A stretch of DNA of 64,000 nucleotides from Octopus bimaculoides. Lineage: Eukaryota. The notes under the pieces were generated by a model. The model had not been told where the DNA came from. It was given only the letters and a program-made list of their open reading frames with translations, and searched no databases. Position numbers and translations under genes: made by a program. Location: NCBI RefSeq assembly GCF_001194135.2, contig NC_068998.1, forward strand, positions 30,127,073 through 30,191,072, written 5' to 3'. Positions 51,519-64,000 of this stretch are shown here, one piece after another (positions within the stretch are counted from its first letter, which is position 1; each line of letters starts with the position of its first letter).

Positions 51519-51679
51519 CGAAAGTAGAAACTTCGGACTTTCTGGTAAAAGAAAGAAGAAAATCACTGATGTCAAACTAGGTATGACACAGACAGAGAGG
51601 TAGAGGCGCCAGTTGGTGTAAACAAAATTTTGCAGATGGATGTCTATATGGGTATATGGAATGATAAACCAAGCAAGAC
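51519..51679 (-). CDS. SV2: Internal exon (161 nt, phase 1 to 0) of an SV2-family MFS transporter
   Basis: Acceptor ttttattgttctacacag and donor TCG|gtaagg. Translates (G)LAWFIIPYTHIDIHLQNFVYTNWRLYLSVCVIPSLTSVIFFFLLPESPKFLLS, matching the SV2 pattern AW.IIP...WR.F..VC..P....PESPRF. Symbol is family level only. Confidence 0.93.
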
Positions 51680-52425
51680 CTGTGTAGAACAATAAAAGGC
51701 GATTTTAGTTAGAATGTGGTGAGTATTTACAAAACATGTGTATGTACATGTGCATTAACATTTTCTTTTTTTTTTGCAGTACAGTTAGTAGAATTGGCTC
51801 AGTATATTAGTGGCTCTTATTAAACAATCTTAAGAAGTTAAAAAGAAAACTTGATCCTAGTGGAATTAGAATGAAACTGAGAATAATAAGGAACTAAAGC
51901 AAATAGAGTAAAGCATCCAACCCAGAATTCTACAGTTCTCCATACAAGAGGAAATGATAACTAAAATATTAAGTATCTTACAAGTAGCCACTGATATATG
52001 TTAATATTTGATCAAAATGCAGAAAATATTTGAATAATAATTATGGATCTATAAAGTGTAACATAAAATATGGGCAGCAAATTTCTCTAACCAGTTTTGT
52101 TTTTTATGGTTAAAAAGGTTTATTTTGTATTTTTGATTTCCATGATGAATTTTTCTTTTTTGGGAACAATTTTTAATTTTTTTTATTTTATAAGTGTTGC
52201 AGTATGTCTGATTTTGCTGCAATATGTGTTAGATTTATAGAATGAATCTGCTGGTTACTACTATTTTTTATTTCTGAACAGTAACTTTAATAGTGATATA
52301 AGTATTTGCTGTAAAGAAGATTTTGTAAAGTTCTACTGGCATAGGAAGTGCACTTCCCATATATATATAATGCAGGAAACATTACCTGTTTAATGTTCCC
52401 TGCATTGCCCTTTCTGTGCACACAC

Positions 52426-52427
<2 letters not shown>

Positions 52428-52486
<59 letters not shown>

Positions 52487-52899
52487 NNNNNNNNNNNNNN
52501 NNNNNNNNNNNNNNNNNNNNNNNNNNNNNNNNNNNNNNNNNNNNNNNNNNNNNNNNNNNNNNNNNNNNNNNNNNNNNNNNNNNNNNNNNNNNNNNNNNNN
52601 NNNNNNNNNNNNNNNNNNNNNNNNNNNNNNNNNNNNNNNNNNNNNNNNNNNNNNNNNNNNNNNNNNNNNNNNNNNNNNNNNNNNNNNNNNNNNNNNNNNN
52701 NNNNNNNNNNNNNNNNNNNNNNNNNNNNNNNNNNNNNNNNNNNNNNNNNNNNNNNNNNNNNNNNNNNNNNNNNNNNNNNNNNNNNNNNNNNNNNNNNNNN
52801 NNNNNNNNNNNNNNNNNNNNNNNNNNNNNNNNNNNNNNNNNNNNNNNNNNNNNNNNNNNNNNNNNNNNNNNNNNNNNNNNNNNNNNNNNNNNNNNNNNN

Positions 52900-52939
<40 letters not shown>

Positions 52940-52960
52940 GTGCGTGCATGTGTGTGTGTG
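52428..52960. repeat. (AG)n and (GT)n microsatellites flanking an assembly gap
   Basis: Direct reading. Confidence 0.95.
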
Positions 52961-53649
52961 TTACTTTAATAAGGAAAAGCTTGACACCAACTTCCAAATG
53001 TCAGCTCAGTTGCCTTCATCAGATTGTTGTAAAGTGTTTTTGTTTTAACAATCACACATATTACTTGGTTCATCTTGTGGGCTGGGCATAGTTAGTAGCT
53101 ACAAATTACATGTGGTTAATTAGTGTATTCTTGTGGTATACAGACAAACCTTTTAATAGGGTGAACAATTAAGGAGAAGAACAAGAAGAGGAAAGAGAAA
53201 GTGAATATGTGAAAAGGAAGAATATAATAAGACAGTGTTCTAGTCAGGCAGGTATCTTTGTTTTGCTCACGTTAGATACAAACATTTATCTAAATTATCA
53301 TATTTCGCATAGAAAATTAATGATTGGTTTTTACACAATCATTTGGGATCATTCAAGCATGTATGTAGACAATGGTGTAAGAGGTTAAATTTGTTTGGGA
53401 GCACTGATCAAAAACAAGTTCTATAGTTTCATTTGAAAGGTTGTAGCCATGAATATCTGCAACTCTACATATACACACATACAAATATGTGTGGGTGTGT
53501 GAGAGAGAGTGTGGGTGTGTGAGAGAGTGAGAGTGTGTGTGTGTGTGTGTGTGTGTGAGTGTGTGTGTATGTATGTATGTACATATATACATATATAAGC
53601 ATATATGTATACACACATGTGCACATATACAAAAACACATGCACACACT

Positions 53650-53860
53650 CAAGATCTGGAAACTAAGGACCTTAAAGTTAATTTAGCAAAGACTGAAGTC
53701 CTAGTAAGTAGGAAAACAGACAAATCCCAAATCTCTTCAAGGAGATGGCCCTGCTCAATATATAAGAAGGATTTTGGTAGAAACTCCATACAGTGTACCC
53801 AGTGCAAGCTTTGAATACATAAGAGGTGCAGTGCAGTGGTAAAGGGTGACTTGAAAACCA
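53650..53860 (+). mobile_element. Small RTE fragment
   Basis: LETKDLKVNLAKTEVLVSRK...WPCSIYKKDFGRNSIQCTQCKL. Confidence 0.8.
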
Positions 53861-53959
53861 AGGCATGCAGTCTGTAATGCAGCCAACCACCAAGGCAGAG
53901 AGTGGGGCAGTGGAGTCTTACTCTTCTCACCCCAGAAAAGGATCTCCCCCCCACCCATC

Positions 53960-55500
53960 CATGAGTGTGATATGAACTAATTTTAATGTGAGAAAATGTA
54001 CTTCTACAAACATGCCATGTTTCGGGCTTGATATCCCTCTCCACTGGACTTGATGGGCCCCCATTAGCTTGCCATGATGACCGTTACTGATGAAAGAGAA
54101 ATCTGAGAAAATAATAGAACCTACAAATACTGAGCCATTTAAAATTTATTTGCAAATCAGTTCAGTTCTGTTCGTTTTGGCAAATTCATCCATCACTTTG
54201 CTATAAAATGTACCAGCGGCACACTCTAACTTCATCTTCTTCAAAAGGTCTTTTATTCATGGAAATGAAAACTAAATTACTCGTTCTCTCTTTACTTTGA
54301 GAACACTTCATATAGTTATCTATTTGCTTTATTAAAGAAAGCGCTTTCAAAGAAGAAGCAAATGTGGCAAGTATTGTCAAAATTAGATGTAGTAATTTTG
54401 TTACTTCAGCCAAAGCTTGATTTAGTTTAAGCTCCTGTATTACTTGTCTTGTGAAATCAGCAGCATAAATTGATTTCAGCTTGCATTTCAATCCATCTAA
54501 ATCCAATACGCTTTTATAGACATCCAAAAATGAAAATGCTTTCCTTAAGTATGAAAAAGTTTCAGATTCAATAGTTCAACAAATCTGAACTCAAAGATTT
54601 AAAACAATGGTGTTTTAAAACTTTGCTCAATGTGAACAATAACTTCATGCAAAATGTTGTTAAACAAAGTTCTTAGAAAGAGCTCTGGTTGATTTAGCAC
54701 TTGCTTAACTGGAGAAAAGGGCACAAATCTCAAGGAAACTTGATATGATGTTCTAACTGGTAATCTGATTCCAGCAAACTAATTGGTTAATATACAGAGC
54801 GTTAAATTAAGATAGCATGCCCCAACTGTGGCTCACTCATAATAGTGAATTGATAATTCAATGGAAAGAGTTCAGATCTTAGAGTTACAATATCAAGAAT
54901 AATAAGTTTGAAGAATTTTTCTTCTGAGTTCTGGATGTTGTCGCTGAACCACCAAAGAAGCATGGTCAACATCAAAAATCAGAAGCTTTTTCTAAGAACT
55001 TTGTTTAACAACATTTTGCATGAAGTTACTGTTTACATTGAGCACACCGTTGTTTTAAATATTTGAGTTCAGATTTGTTGAACAATTGAATCCAAAGCTT
55101 TTTCATTGTATTCCACTGCTACTTTACATATAGCCAGAATATTATCTTCGTTGTTTGATTCTTCTGCTTCATTGTGTCCTCCAAATGGTAATTCTTGACA
55201 AGCCAAATTTCAATACAATGAATTAAACTTTTCAATATATCATGATTTTTCTCCATTAATCTATTATGGAACTGAATTGAAGCTGCTTTCCAGAGATCAA
55301 TTGTTGTATCAATTTGTTGTTAGCCAATGTTTGTCAGACTAATTACGGAATTCAGGTGGTTCTGAGATTTTAGGTGCTTTGGCAAAGCTGTAATCAAATT
55401 GTGCAAACTGCAGTTGCCCATGTGTTTTTATGTTGACAAAATAACAGACATGGGAAACAGAACAATTTGTGCAGAATGGGATATCTCATCATCCAATCAT
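53960..55500 (-). mobile_element. Decayed hAT transposase remnant (ZMYM1/DUF4371-like)
   Basis: C-terminal dimerisation-like LLHLILTILA..ASS..ALSLIK...S.S.ER..NL..IS, and FGGHNE.EES in an upstream segment. Confidence 0.65.
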
Positions 55501-55699
55501 ACTATTCAGAATACTTGGAACTGAAATAATGATGACATTTCTTGCTGCCCAATTTGATTTTAATTTTTCATTTCAAGCCTTGGTTTCCAAGTGTGAACTA
55601 GTCAAGAAGAAAATTCTGGGTAGTGGTCACATGACTTAATTCAGGTCAGGTCTTAAGAAAGGGTCAAGAATTCACTCCATGGGTTAAATCTTTTTAAAA

Positions 55700-55856
55700 A
55701 GCAGGCATGGTTGTGTGGTAAAAAGCTTGCTTCCCCACTACATGGTTCTGGGTTTAGTCCCATTGCATGGCACCTTGGGCACGTGTCTTCTACAATAGCT
55801 TTGGGCCAACTAAAGCACTGTGAGTGGATTTGGTAGACAGAAACTGAAACAAGCCC

Positions 55857-55893
<37 letters not shown>
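55700..55893 (+). mobile_element. tRNA-SINE (family of 44070) ending in (CA)n
   Basis: gcaggcatggttgtgtggtaaaaagcttgc...gtggatttggtagacagaaactgaaa. Confidence 0.8.
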
Positions 55894-55896
<3 letters not shown>

Positions 55897-55899
55897 ATT

Positions 55900-57520
55900 T
55901 TAGTGAAAGAACATACAAACCTTACCCTAAACCTAATACTAACTTAAGATACATTAATAAAAACAGCAATCATCCTAGAAGTATAACCCAGAAAATAGTT
56001 GAAAATGTGTCTGCATATATTTCAAACCTATCAACAAATGAAGAAATATTTAAGAGAAATGAAGACTATTGCAACCTAACACTGAGTAGGGCTGGATAGA
56101 GAGAAAAATTAAGATTTAACCAAAAAACATAGATATTGGTAGTGAGAATATCAAGAAAAATAATTTAAAATCCAATAATAATATTAATAGTAATGATAAT
56201 AGTAATATTTACGACTATATGGAATTAGAAATAGTAGATAGCAAAGACAAGAATGGCAATGATGCTAATAAGTACAAGAAATCCTATTAATAAAAAACTT
56301 TTGCATAAAGTTCTCCAATGGAACTAATAATAAATATGTAAACTTGCCTATCAAAAAAAAAAAAAATAAATAAAATAAATAATAAAAATAATAGATGGAG
56401 AATATGGTGAAAAACAGACAAAATATGCAAACCAGAGGCATAAGAAATACACCCCTGGTATGAATAATAATAATAATTTCTCTAAAAATAAACTAAATGA
56501 TAATACAGAACAGTTCATTATTCCCTTTGGTAAAAAAATTAGCTCTAAGATTCCGAAATTATTCTATTCAGCTGTTAAAAAACATTTTCCTAAATATAGC
56601 AGGTACTTTAGAATTTTCAACTCACATAGGATAAGACTTGCTTTTTCAAACACTAAAAACATAGCACAAATTATTGCAGCACAAAATGTGAAGAGATTAA
56701 ATTATTTCTACAAGAAGGAGATTAACTATAATCAAAATTTAATATTTAATATTTAATAGTAACAAAATTAGTGTGGTTGATGAAAGCAACATGAAGAAAA
56801 ATAAATTTAAAAAAGGAAAATAGTGCAAGGGAAACTACTAATAAAAACCCTATGAAGAGATCTGAGCAGATAACCACATACACTAGAAAGAGCAGCAATG
56901 AGAGAGTAATTATTCAAAGCAGAGATAGTAAGCAAATGCATAGCAACAGAAAAATTAATGATAGAGATGTAGTGAGTACTAACTCAAACAATATAATGGA
57001 AAGTGATATGCAAAATTTTGATGATCAAAATGGAATAATTAAATTAGAACATAAAAAGAACAAACATAAAATATAAATAACCAAGTAGAAAATGGAGATA
57101 AAGAAAGTAGAATTAGAGATAAGAAATGTGATTGTGCAACAAATAAATTATGCCCATTAGAATCTAACTGCAAAATTAAAGAAACAGTGTACAGGTGTAA
57201 GATAAGTTCAGGGGGACATGTATATTTCTACATTGATGCTAGTGAGACCTTTATTAAACACAGAATAGCTAATCATTAACTTTTGTTTAGGGATAGAAGG
57301 AAAATAATATGAGTTTAAGTAAATTAATTTGGGTGATAAAATATAATAATAAAGTATATACAATAAGCTGGGAGATAATTAGTTGAGCCAAACCATATAG
57401 TAGAGGAAGCAAATGTTACGAACTGTGTGTAGAAGAACTTTACCATATTCTTACATCAAAATGTAAATTAATTAACCACAGATAAGAAAGCGCATTAAAA
57501 TGTGTTCATCAGTTGAAGTA
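55900..57520 (+). mobile_element. 5'-truncated Penelope-like element, Naiad-like C-terminus, decayed
   Basis: TYKPYPKPN..LRYINKNSNHP (thumb), KKHFPK..RIFN...AFS, CDCATNKLC (CxCx5C, 57127-57153), GIY-YIG-like VYRC...YID..F.HR..NH, and C.LC.EE. Confidence 0.8.
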
Positions 57521-57774
57521 TACATTTAACAGATTTAAATAATTGTATATGTCCTACTTCAATTATAATTAGAATTACGCAAACCATTACTAATAAAGAA
57601 CCCAAATAAACCAAAACTCATACATAAATTAAGGTTAATTGTAAAGAGTTGAAAACGAAGTCTAAGTCAAACAAAATTAACTACAAGAAAAATATTAGAT
57701 TAATTTTAGAATTAGCAAAAAATTATAGACCCATAGCCTATTAATACTACTACTAATAATAATCATTTTTACTA

Positions 57775-57960
57775 TAGGCATAAGGTCTGGAATTTGTGGG
57801 GAGTGGGATAATCGATTACATTGACCCCAGTTTGTCATTGACCCAAAAGGATGAAAAGCAAAGTCGACCATGGCAGAATTTGAACTCAGAACGTAGCTGC
57901 AGACAAAGTACCACAAAGCATTTCACCCGGCATACTAACAATTCTGCTACTCACTGCCTT
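57775..57960 (-). mobile_element. tRNA-SINE (family of 20724)
   Basis: Reverse complement of ggcagtgag...ttctgagttcaaattctgcc...ctttgcttttcatcc. Confidence 0.75.
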
Positions 57961-57982
57961 AATAATAATAATAATAATAATA

Positions 57983-58347
57983 AACAAGAGCACTCAGAAA
58001 GTGCAAACCTCCACCGAGGCAGCACCAATGTTCTCTCAATGTAATAATTTAGCCAGAGATTATTTTTAAAATGAAAATATTTTAAATAAAACTCAACTGC
58101 TCTCACAAATGAGAATACTAAAAATGAACCCAACTGCTCTCAAAATTAAGTAAAAAACAGGAAAAAAAATCCAGAATCCTTGTTTGGTACCAGATTGATC
58201 TCAAAATCTAATCAGTTCGTGCAAGTCACGAGGTCAAATATCCCTGAAAATTTCATCCAAATCCATCCAGTGGTTCTTGCGATATCTTGTCCATCGACAA
58301 ACAAACACGGCTGAAAACAATACCTTCACCTTCACTAAGGCAGAGGT
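57983..58347 (+). mobile_element. Helentron-derived (HINE/DINE-1-like) non-autonomous element
   Basis: Starts aacaagag; subterminal acctccacc versus ggcagaggt; acaaacaaaca repeat near the 3' end; sits inside (TAA)n. Confidence 0.5.
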
Positions 58348-59290
58348 AATAATAATAACATCAACAGACTTAGAAGTAACTTGATACATTGAAAAATTAA
58401 AAAAACTATTCTACACTGACAGAATGGTGAGGTAGAATAAAGACTAGAATCTTAAAACATTTGCGAGTATTGACCTAATTTAAGGACAGTAGAAAGCATT
58501 CATTATACTGGCTACCAGCTTACTGAATAGGTTAAAATTTCATAAAAAATATATGCGTCTATTTTTAGTAACACTAACGCCAAACAAAGGAAGGATTTTG
58601 GTTGTGCTTATACTATACTTAGATATCTAATTATCAATTAATTCGAAGCAGCACCAATACCTAACGCCAAGTTGCACATTTTGCAGTGTGCACTGGGTTG
58701 CAGTAGAAACGTGCATAGGCCCTGATAAAGAAAGATGTGATTAACTGTAAAGTAAAACTTGGATGTGTTAAATCTCTGTTTTGATATACATATATATATT
58801 GGTGCTAGTATTAATATTATTGCTAGTCCAATTAGTAGTTGAAGCATATGTATTATTAGTAGTAGTGGCTATAATTAGTATTGTTAGTATCAGTGTGCCT
58901 ATTAGTGTTTGCATCGGTTTCAGGTGTGCGCCCATTACCCTCAGAGGTAGGGATTATATTATGTGTGTTTAAGTTGTTTAAAGTGATCGGGCCAGGGGTA
59001 TTAGATATATTATCTACCTCTCTTTCTATTCATTTTCTTTTCTTTCCTTTTACCACTTAATAGCCACCTCTGCTACCATTCTGTTATTGAATGTTATGTT
59101 CATGTCTTTTTTCTCTGGATGTCTACTACATCAGGATTTCAACCCACATGGATCTACACAGGACTACGCTCTTCAGAAAGTTGAACTATGAACTTTTATG
59201 CTTCTTTTTTCTTTCCATCTCCTTATTCTTTTACTCCCTTCCTTTATGCTGTCATCTCATTAACACATACCATTCTCATTTTCCCTATTT

Positions 59291-59346
59291 GTCTCTGATG
59301 ACAGAATATCCCATATTCAGGGATATCCCAGAAACAGCTGTAAGAC
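59291..59346 (+). ncRNA. Minimal type I hammerhead ribozyme with intact catalytic core
   Basis: GTCT-CTGATGA-cagaATATCCC(atattca)GGGATATccca-GAAA-CAGCTG-TA-AGAC. Stem I GTCT/AGAC, 7-bp stem II, palindromic ACAGCTGT stem III, GUA cleavage triplet. Confidence 0.85.
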
Positions 59347-59667
59347 TTTGAATTTTTCCAATAATAATATTGTGTATGNNNNNNNNNNNNNNNNNNNNNN
59401 NNNNNNNNNNNNNNNNNNNNNNNNNNNNNNNNNNNNNNNNNNNNNNNNNNNNNNNNNNNNNNNNNNNNNNNNNNNNNNNNNNNNNNNNNNNNNNNNNNNN
59501 NNNNNNNNNNNNNNNNNNNNNNNNNNNNNNNNNNNNNNNNNNNNNNNNNNNNNNNNNNNNNNNNNNNNNNNNNNNNNNNNNNNNNNNNNNNNNNNNNNNN
59601 NNNNNNNNNNNNNNNNNNNNNNNNNNNNNNNNNNNNNNNNNNNNNNNNNNNNNNNNNNNNNNNNNNN

Positions 59668-59687
<20 letters not shown>

Positions 59688-59726
<39 letters not shown>

Positions 59727-59740
59727 CACACACACATACA
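59688..59740. repeat. (TA)n/(CA)n microsatellite after a gap
   Basis: Direct reading. Confidence 0.95.
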
Positions 59741-60458
59741 GACAGGCATATAGATAGACACGTAATTAATGGGAGAGACAGAAGATAGAAGATATGAGAA
59801 TATTTATTGATCACTACAATCATTCTGACCCATCTAAGGATAATGTACATCTGGTTTAGGTGTATCCCTCGGTGTAGATATTTTCCTCAAGTGATTTCAA
59901 GAGGCATCTTGTTAAAATAAACTCTGTTTCACATAGCTTATTTCTGAATGTTTTCACCCTGATCTTCATGTAGAAATGGGAAATTAAGGGATACTGCTTC
60001 ATTCTTATAGAAGATTCATAACAAACATGAGATACAAAAAGAAACAAATACACAATACAGTGAAAATATTTATTACATATAGCCATTAATAGATATGGAT
60101 GTACAAACACACACGTGGTCTGGTGCATGTACACTCACTCGTTTGAACATACATGCACACACATGTGTGGTCTGGCGCACATATGCTCACACGCACAATT
60201 AAGTAGGTATTAATAAAGTTGGCGTCTATATCTGGCCAGTGATGTGATACCGCTTGGTGAGGAGTCAAAGATTCTGTGATGGGCTTCACTGAGTATGGCT
60301 GGCATACTTGTAGCACTTGTACACTCATAAATACAGATATAAATATTGACATACACTCATACATACTCACATGGACATATGCACACATTTGAGGGTCTAT
60401 CATTATGTATACATATGCACATACATATTTATACAGTCTTGTATGTATATGTATATGT

Positions 60459-62250
60459 ACATCATCATCATTGTTTAACGTCCGTTTTTCAGGCTGGCAT
60501 GGGTTAGACGATTTGACTGAGGACAGGCAAACCAGTAGGCTGCACCAGGCTCCAATCTGATCCGGCAAGATTTCTATAGCTGGACACTCTTCCAAACGCC
60601 AGCCATTCCAAGAGTGTAGTGGGTGCTTTTTACGTGTCACTGGCACAGGAGCTAGTCGGGGGACACTGGCATCGACCACATTCAGAATGTGCTTTTTATG
60701 TGCCACCACAGCACAGGGAACCAGTCAGGGGGCACTGGCATGAGTCACGACTATGATTTCACTTGACTCAACAGGTCTTCTCAAGCACAGTGTGTCTCTC
60801 GGTGATTCAAAGGTACTTTTAAATGGGCTGGTTATGCGACACTGGTATCAGCCACAGCTGCGATCTCACTTTACTTGCTGGGTCTTTTCAATCAGCATAT
60901 CTCCAAAGGTCTCGGTCTCTTGTCACTGCCTCTGTGAGGCCCAATGTTCGAAGGGTGTGCTTCACCACCTCATCCCATGTCTTCCTGGGTTTACCTCTTC
61001 CACAGGTTCCTTCCACTTTTAGGGTGTGACACTTCTTCACACAGCTGTCCTCATCCATACGCAGCACATGACCATACCAGTGCAGTTATCTCTCTTGCAC
61101 ACCACACCTGATACTTCTTATGTCCAACTTTTTTCTCAGGGTGCTTACACTCTGTCGCACATGCACACCGACATTACACATCCAGCAGAGCATACTAGCT
61201 TCATTTCTTTCAAGCTTACACATGTCCTCAGCAGTCATGGCCCATGTTTCACTGCTGTGTAGCATGGCTGTTCACACACATGCATCATACAGTCTACCTT
61301 TTACTCTGAGGGAGAGGCCCTTTGTTACCACCAGAGGAAGGAGCTTTATAAACTTTGCCCAGGCTATTCTTATTCTAGCGGCTATGCTCTCAGAGCATCT
61401 ACCCCCACTGCAGACTTGGTCACCTAGGTAGCGGAAGCTATTAACTACTTCTAGTTTCCCCCACTGCCATGCAATGGAATCTGTTTTCTGTATATTTTTG
61501 GTGTTTATTACTCCTGTGCATCTGCCACACACAAAAGCTATTTTCCTTGTTAAACTTCCTCTGATATTGCTGCACCTCTTATGTGTCCATAGCTTACACC
61601 AGATACATCTTATGGAGTTCCTACCTAATGCTTTTCTATAAATTGCGCAGGTTCATCTATCTGAGGGGATTTGTGATTTGTCTGCCTTCCTACTTACTAA
61701 GACTTAGGTTTTTGCTAGGTTAACTCTAAGGCCCTTTGATTCTAGACCTTGCTTCCACACCTGAAACTTTTNNNNNNNNNNCTAGGTTAACTCTAAGGCC
61801 CTTTGATTCTAGACCTTGCTTCCACACCTGAAACTTTTCTAGTTCTGGTAGTTATTCAGCTATAAGAACAAGGTCATCAGTATAGAAGTGCCGAGGACTG
61901 ATACTTGGTGAACCCCTACTTCAACCCAGAATTCCTCACTATACTCATTGCCAACCCTCACCTTACTGACAGCATCCCTGTACATGGCTCTTACCAACCA
62001 CTCATCTATCCCTAGTTTCTGCATTGACCACCAGATAAGGGATCAGGTGACTCTGTCAAAAGCTTTTTCCAAGTCAACAAAAGCCAAGTACAGAGGTTTA
62101 TCTTTGACTAGGTATTTCTCCTGTAGTTGTCTTACCAGAAATATAGTATCAGTGGTGCTTCTATCTGGCAAAAAACCAAACTGCAACTCATCTAGGTTAA
62201 CTCCCTCCCTAATTAATTGGGCTATGATTTTCATTACCTAATCCAGCATG
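60459..62250 (-). mobile_element. Degenerate RTE LINE, RT to tail
   Basis: LDELQFGFLPDRSTTDTIF, KLEVVNSFRYLGDQ, LSLRVKGRLYDACV, 3' UTR units and (CAT)n at 60459. Confidence 0.92.
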
Positions 62251-62287
62251 GATATGTAAGTAGAAAGCTCTGTGATGATGATGATGA

Positions 62288-62845
62288 TCATCATCATCAT
62301 CGTTTAACGTCCGCTTTCCATGCTAGCATGGGTTGGACGATTTGACTGAGGACTGGTGAAACCAGATGGCTACACCAGGCTCCAATCTGATTTGGCAGAG
62401 TTTCTACAGCTGGATGCCCTTCCTAACGCCAACCACTCCGAGAGTGTAGTGGGTGCTTTTATGTGCCACCCGCACGAAGGCCAGTCAGGCGGTACTGGCA
62501 ACAGCCACGCTCAAAATGGTGTATTTTATGTGCCACCCGCACAAGAGCCAGTCCAGGGGCACTGGCAACGGTTTCGCTCGAAACTCCTTACACATGCCAC
62601 GGGCACAAGTGCCAGAAAGGCGACGCTGGGCACAGGTGCCATCCCGATTTCGCTTTCCCCAATAAGTCTTCGCAAGTTGAGTTTCGTGTCCAATGAAGAA
62701 GACGACGTTGGCATGGGTGCCAGTTGTCGAATTTAGTTCGGTTTTGATTTCACTTGCCTCAACAGGTCTTCGCAAGCAGAGTTTAGTGTCCAAAGAAGGA
62801 AAGGTACGCATAAGTGGGCTGGCTACACCCCTGGCAGAGGCCTTC
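62288..62845 (-). mobile_element. RTE 3' UTR copy, relatively young
   Basis: Little CpG decay in the ctacagctggatgcccttcctaacgccaacc block; three tandem units plus a duplicated upstream module. Confidence 0.88.
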
Positions 62846-62865
62846 AAAGCAGTTTACCATGAATG

Positions 62866-63590
62866 AATAGCCGGATTACTACCTCCCACTTTGAAGGGTA
62901 TGCGTTTGCGATCCAGGAACAGGAAATATCAACAGAGTACCTGATGCACAAAAGGGATAGAGATGCAGGAAAAGCCATAAAATGTGACAACTGATGCAGA
63001 CTTTGTGGAGTTCACACTGAAGATATCACCTACATCATAAGCAGTTGTCTGCCAATGTCATCATGGTATTATCTACCAATGAGACATGATGTTGTAGCTA
63101 GGACACCCTGTAATGAAATCAGAAGGATAACCCCAAGAACAAAGAAATGAAAACCCATAATATGGTAAAAGCCATAGCCACTCATAATGAAAAGGAATAC
63201 TAGTGGAATGTACCAGTGAAGACCTCAATAAAATGTAAGCAAAACAAACCTGATATAATGATTTGAGATAGAGAAGAGAAACTCTGCACAGTTGTGGAAA
63301 TTAGCTGCCCAGCGGATGATAACATAAAGCTAAAGATCAATGAAAAAGAGAACACCTATGCTGAACTATTGAGAAATCTGCAGTTACTCTATCCAGATTA
63401 CAAGTTCAGGTTTATACCTGTAACTATTGGGTATGCCCTTGGGTATGTAACACACTGCTTAAATACCAATGTTGAGAAATTAGGCTTTTCAAAACCAGAA
63501 AGGAGAAAGCTAATTCGAAGATTACAGATCTCATCCATCACAGGAACTATAAAAATCTGTAAAACTTTCCAGAAGTTTATCATTTAAATA
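62866..63590 (+). mobile_element. 3' fragment of another REL LINE (R4-like)
   Basis: FAIQEQEIST, CRLC...H..SSC...RHD, PDIMI..REEK.CTVVEISCP.D.N..KI.EK, FIPVTIG, stop at 63585-87. Confidence 0.85.
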
Positions 63591-63659
63591 TATGTCTACA
63601 TATGCAACTATATGCATCCATCCATCCATACATACATACATTATATTTGAAAAAAATTA

Positions 63660-64000
63660 ATTGAAATGGCTTTTCTGATAATTTTTCCACTTCTATGGAT
63701 ACACAAGAGGTACAGTGGATTAATAGGAAGGTTATCAGAAAAGATAGTTTTCATATGTGGAAGATGCACAGGATCCATAAAAGCTTTAGAGACTCAGGAA
63801 ATTGATTCTCTCAAATGCCCTGGTGGCACATTAGCAGTAGTAGATAATTTCTGCTACCTAGGGACCAAATTAGTAGTGGAAGAGGATGCATGGAGATTGT
63901 GATGGCTAGAATAAGACTAAGATGGAGGAAATTCAAAGAGCTGTTACCTCTGTTGGCCACAAAAGGTGTGTCTCTCTGAGTAAAAGGAAGATTGTAGGAT
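63660..64000 (+). mobile_element. RTE fragment running off the window
   Basis: LWIHKRYSG...FICGRCTG...VVDNFCYLG and WRKFKELLPLL. Confidence 0.8.

Noticed and set aside
58638-58847. Minus-strand ORF ending MCNLALGIGAASN, faintly like SV2 CRLLSGVG
   Set aside because: No WG..AD..GR motif, spacing mismatch, immediate stop and weak donor. The intervening SV2 exon was not found.
61715-61838. 57-bp duplication around a 10-N gap in an RTE copy
   Set aside because: Same scaffolding artefact.

Overview
Repeat-dense, AT-rich animal genomic DNA with N-gaps. The repeat families and microsatellites point to an octopus such as Octopus bimaculoides (inference). The whole window lies inside one minus-strand host gene encoding an SV2 (synaptic vesicle glycoprotein 2)-family MFS transporter. 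I found four coding exons with canonical AG/GT boundaries and compatible phases (51679-51519, 32558-32475, 19026-18943, 6601-6513), separated by introns of 18,960, 13,448 and 12,341 bp. Both ends of the gene lie outside the window. The introns hold many RTE LINE copies, R4/Dong-like and HERO-like REL-endonuclease LINEs, Penelope-like elements (PLEs), a Mag-type Ty3/gypsy element with both LTRs, PBS, PPT and TSD nested in a PLE, a solo LTR, mariner/pogo/hAT derivatives, Helentron-like elements and tRNA-SINEs. No TE ORF looks intact. The most unusual signals are RNA-level: four hammerhead-ribozyme motifs, one with a fully intact core, and a PLE terminal repeat that joins a tRNA-like Pol III promoter to a hammerhead. 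Several integration footprints also stand out: captured flank DNA, a 5' inversion in an REL LINE, and Dong-like copies chained through (TAA)n tracts. No prokaryotic-type features (CRISPR, operons) are supported.
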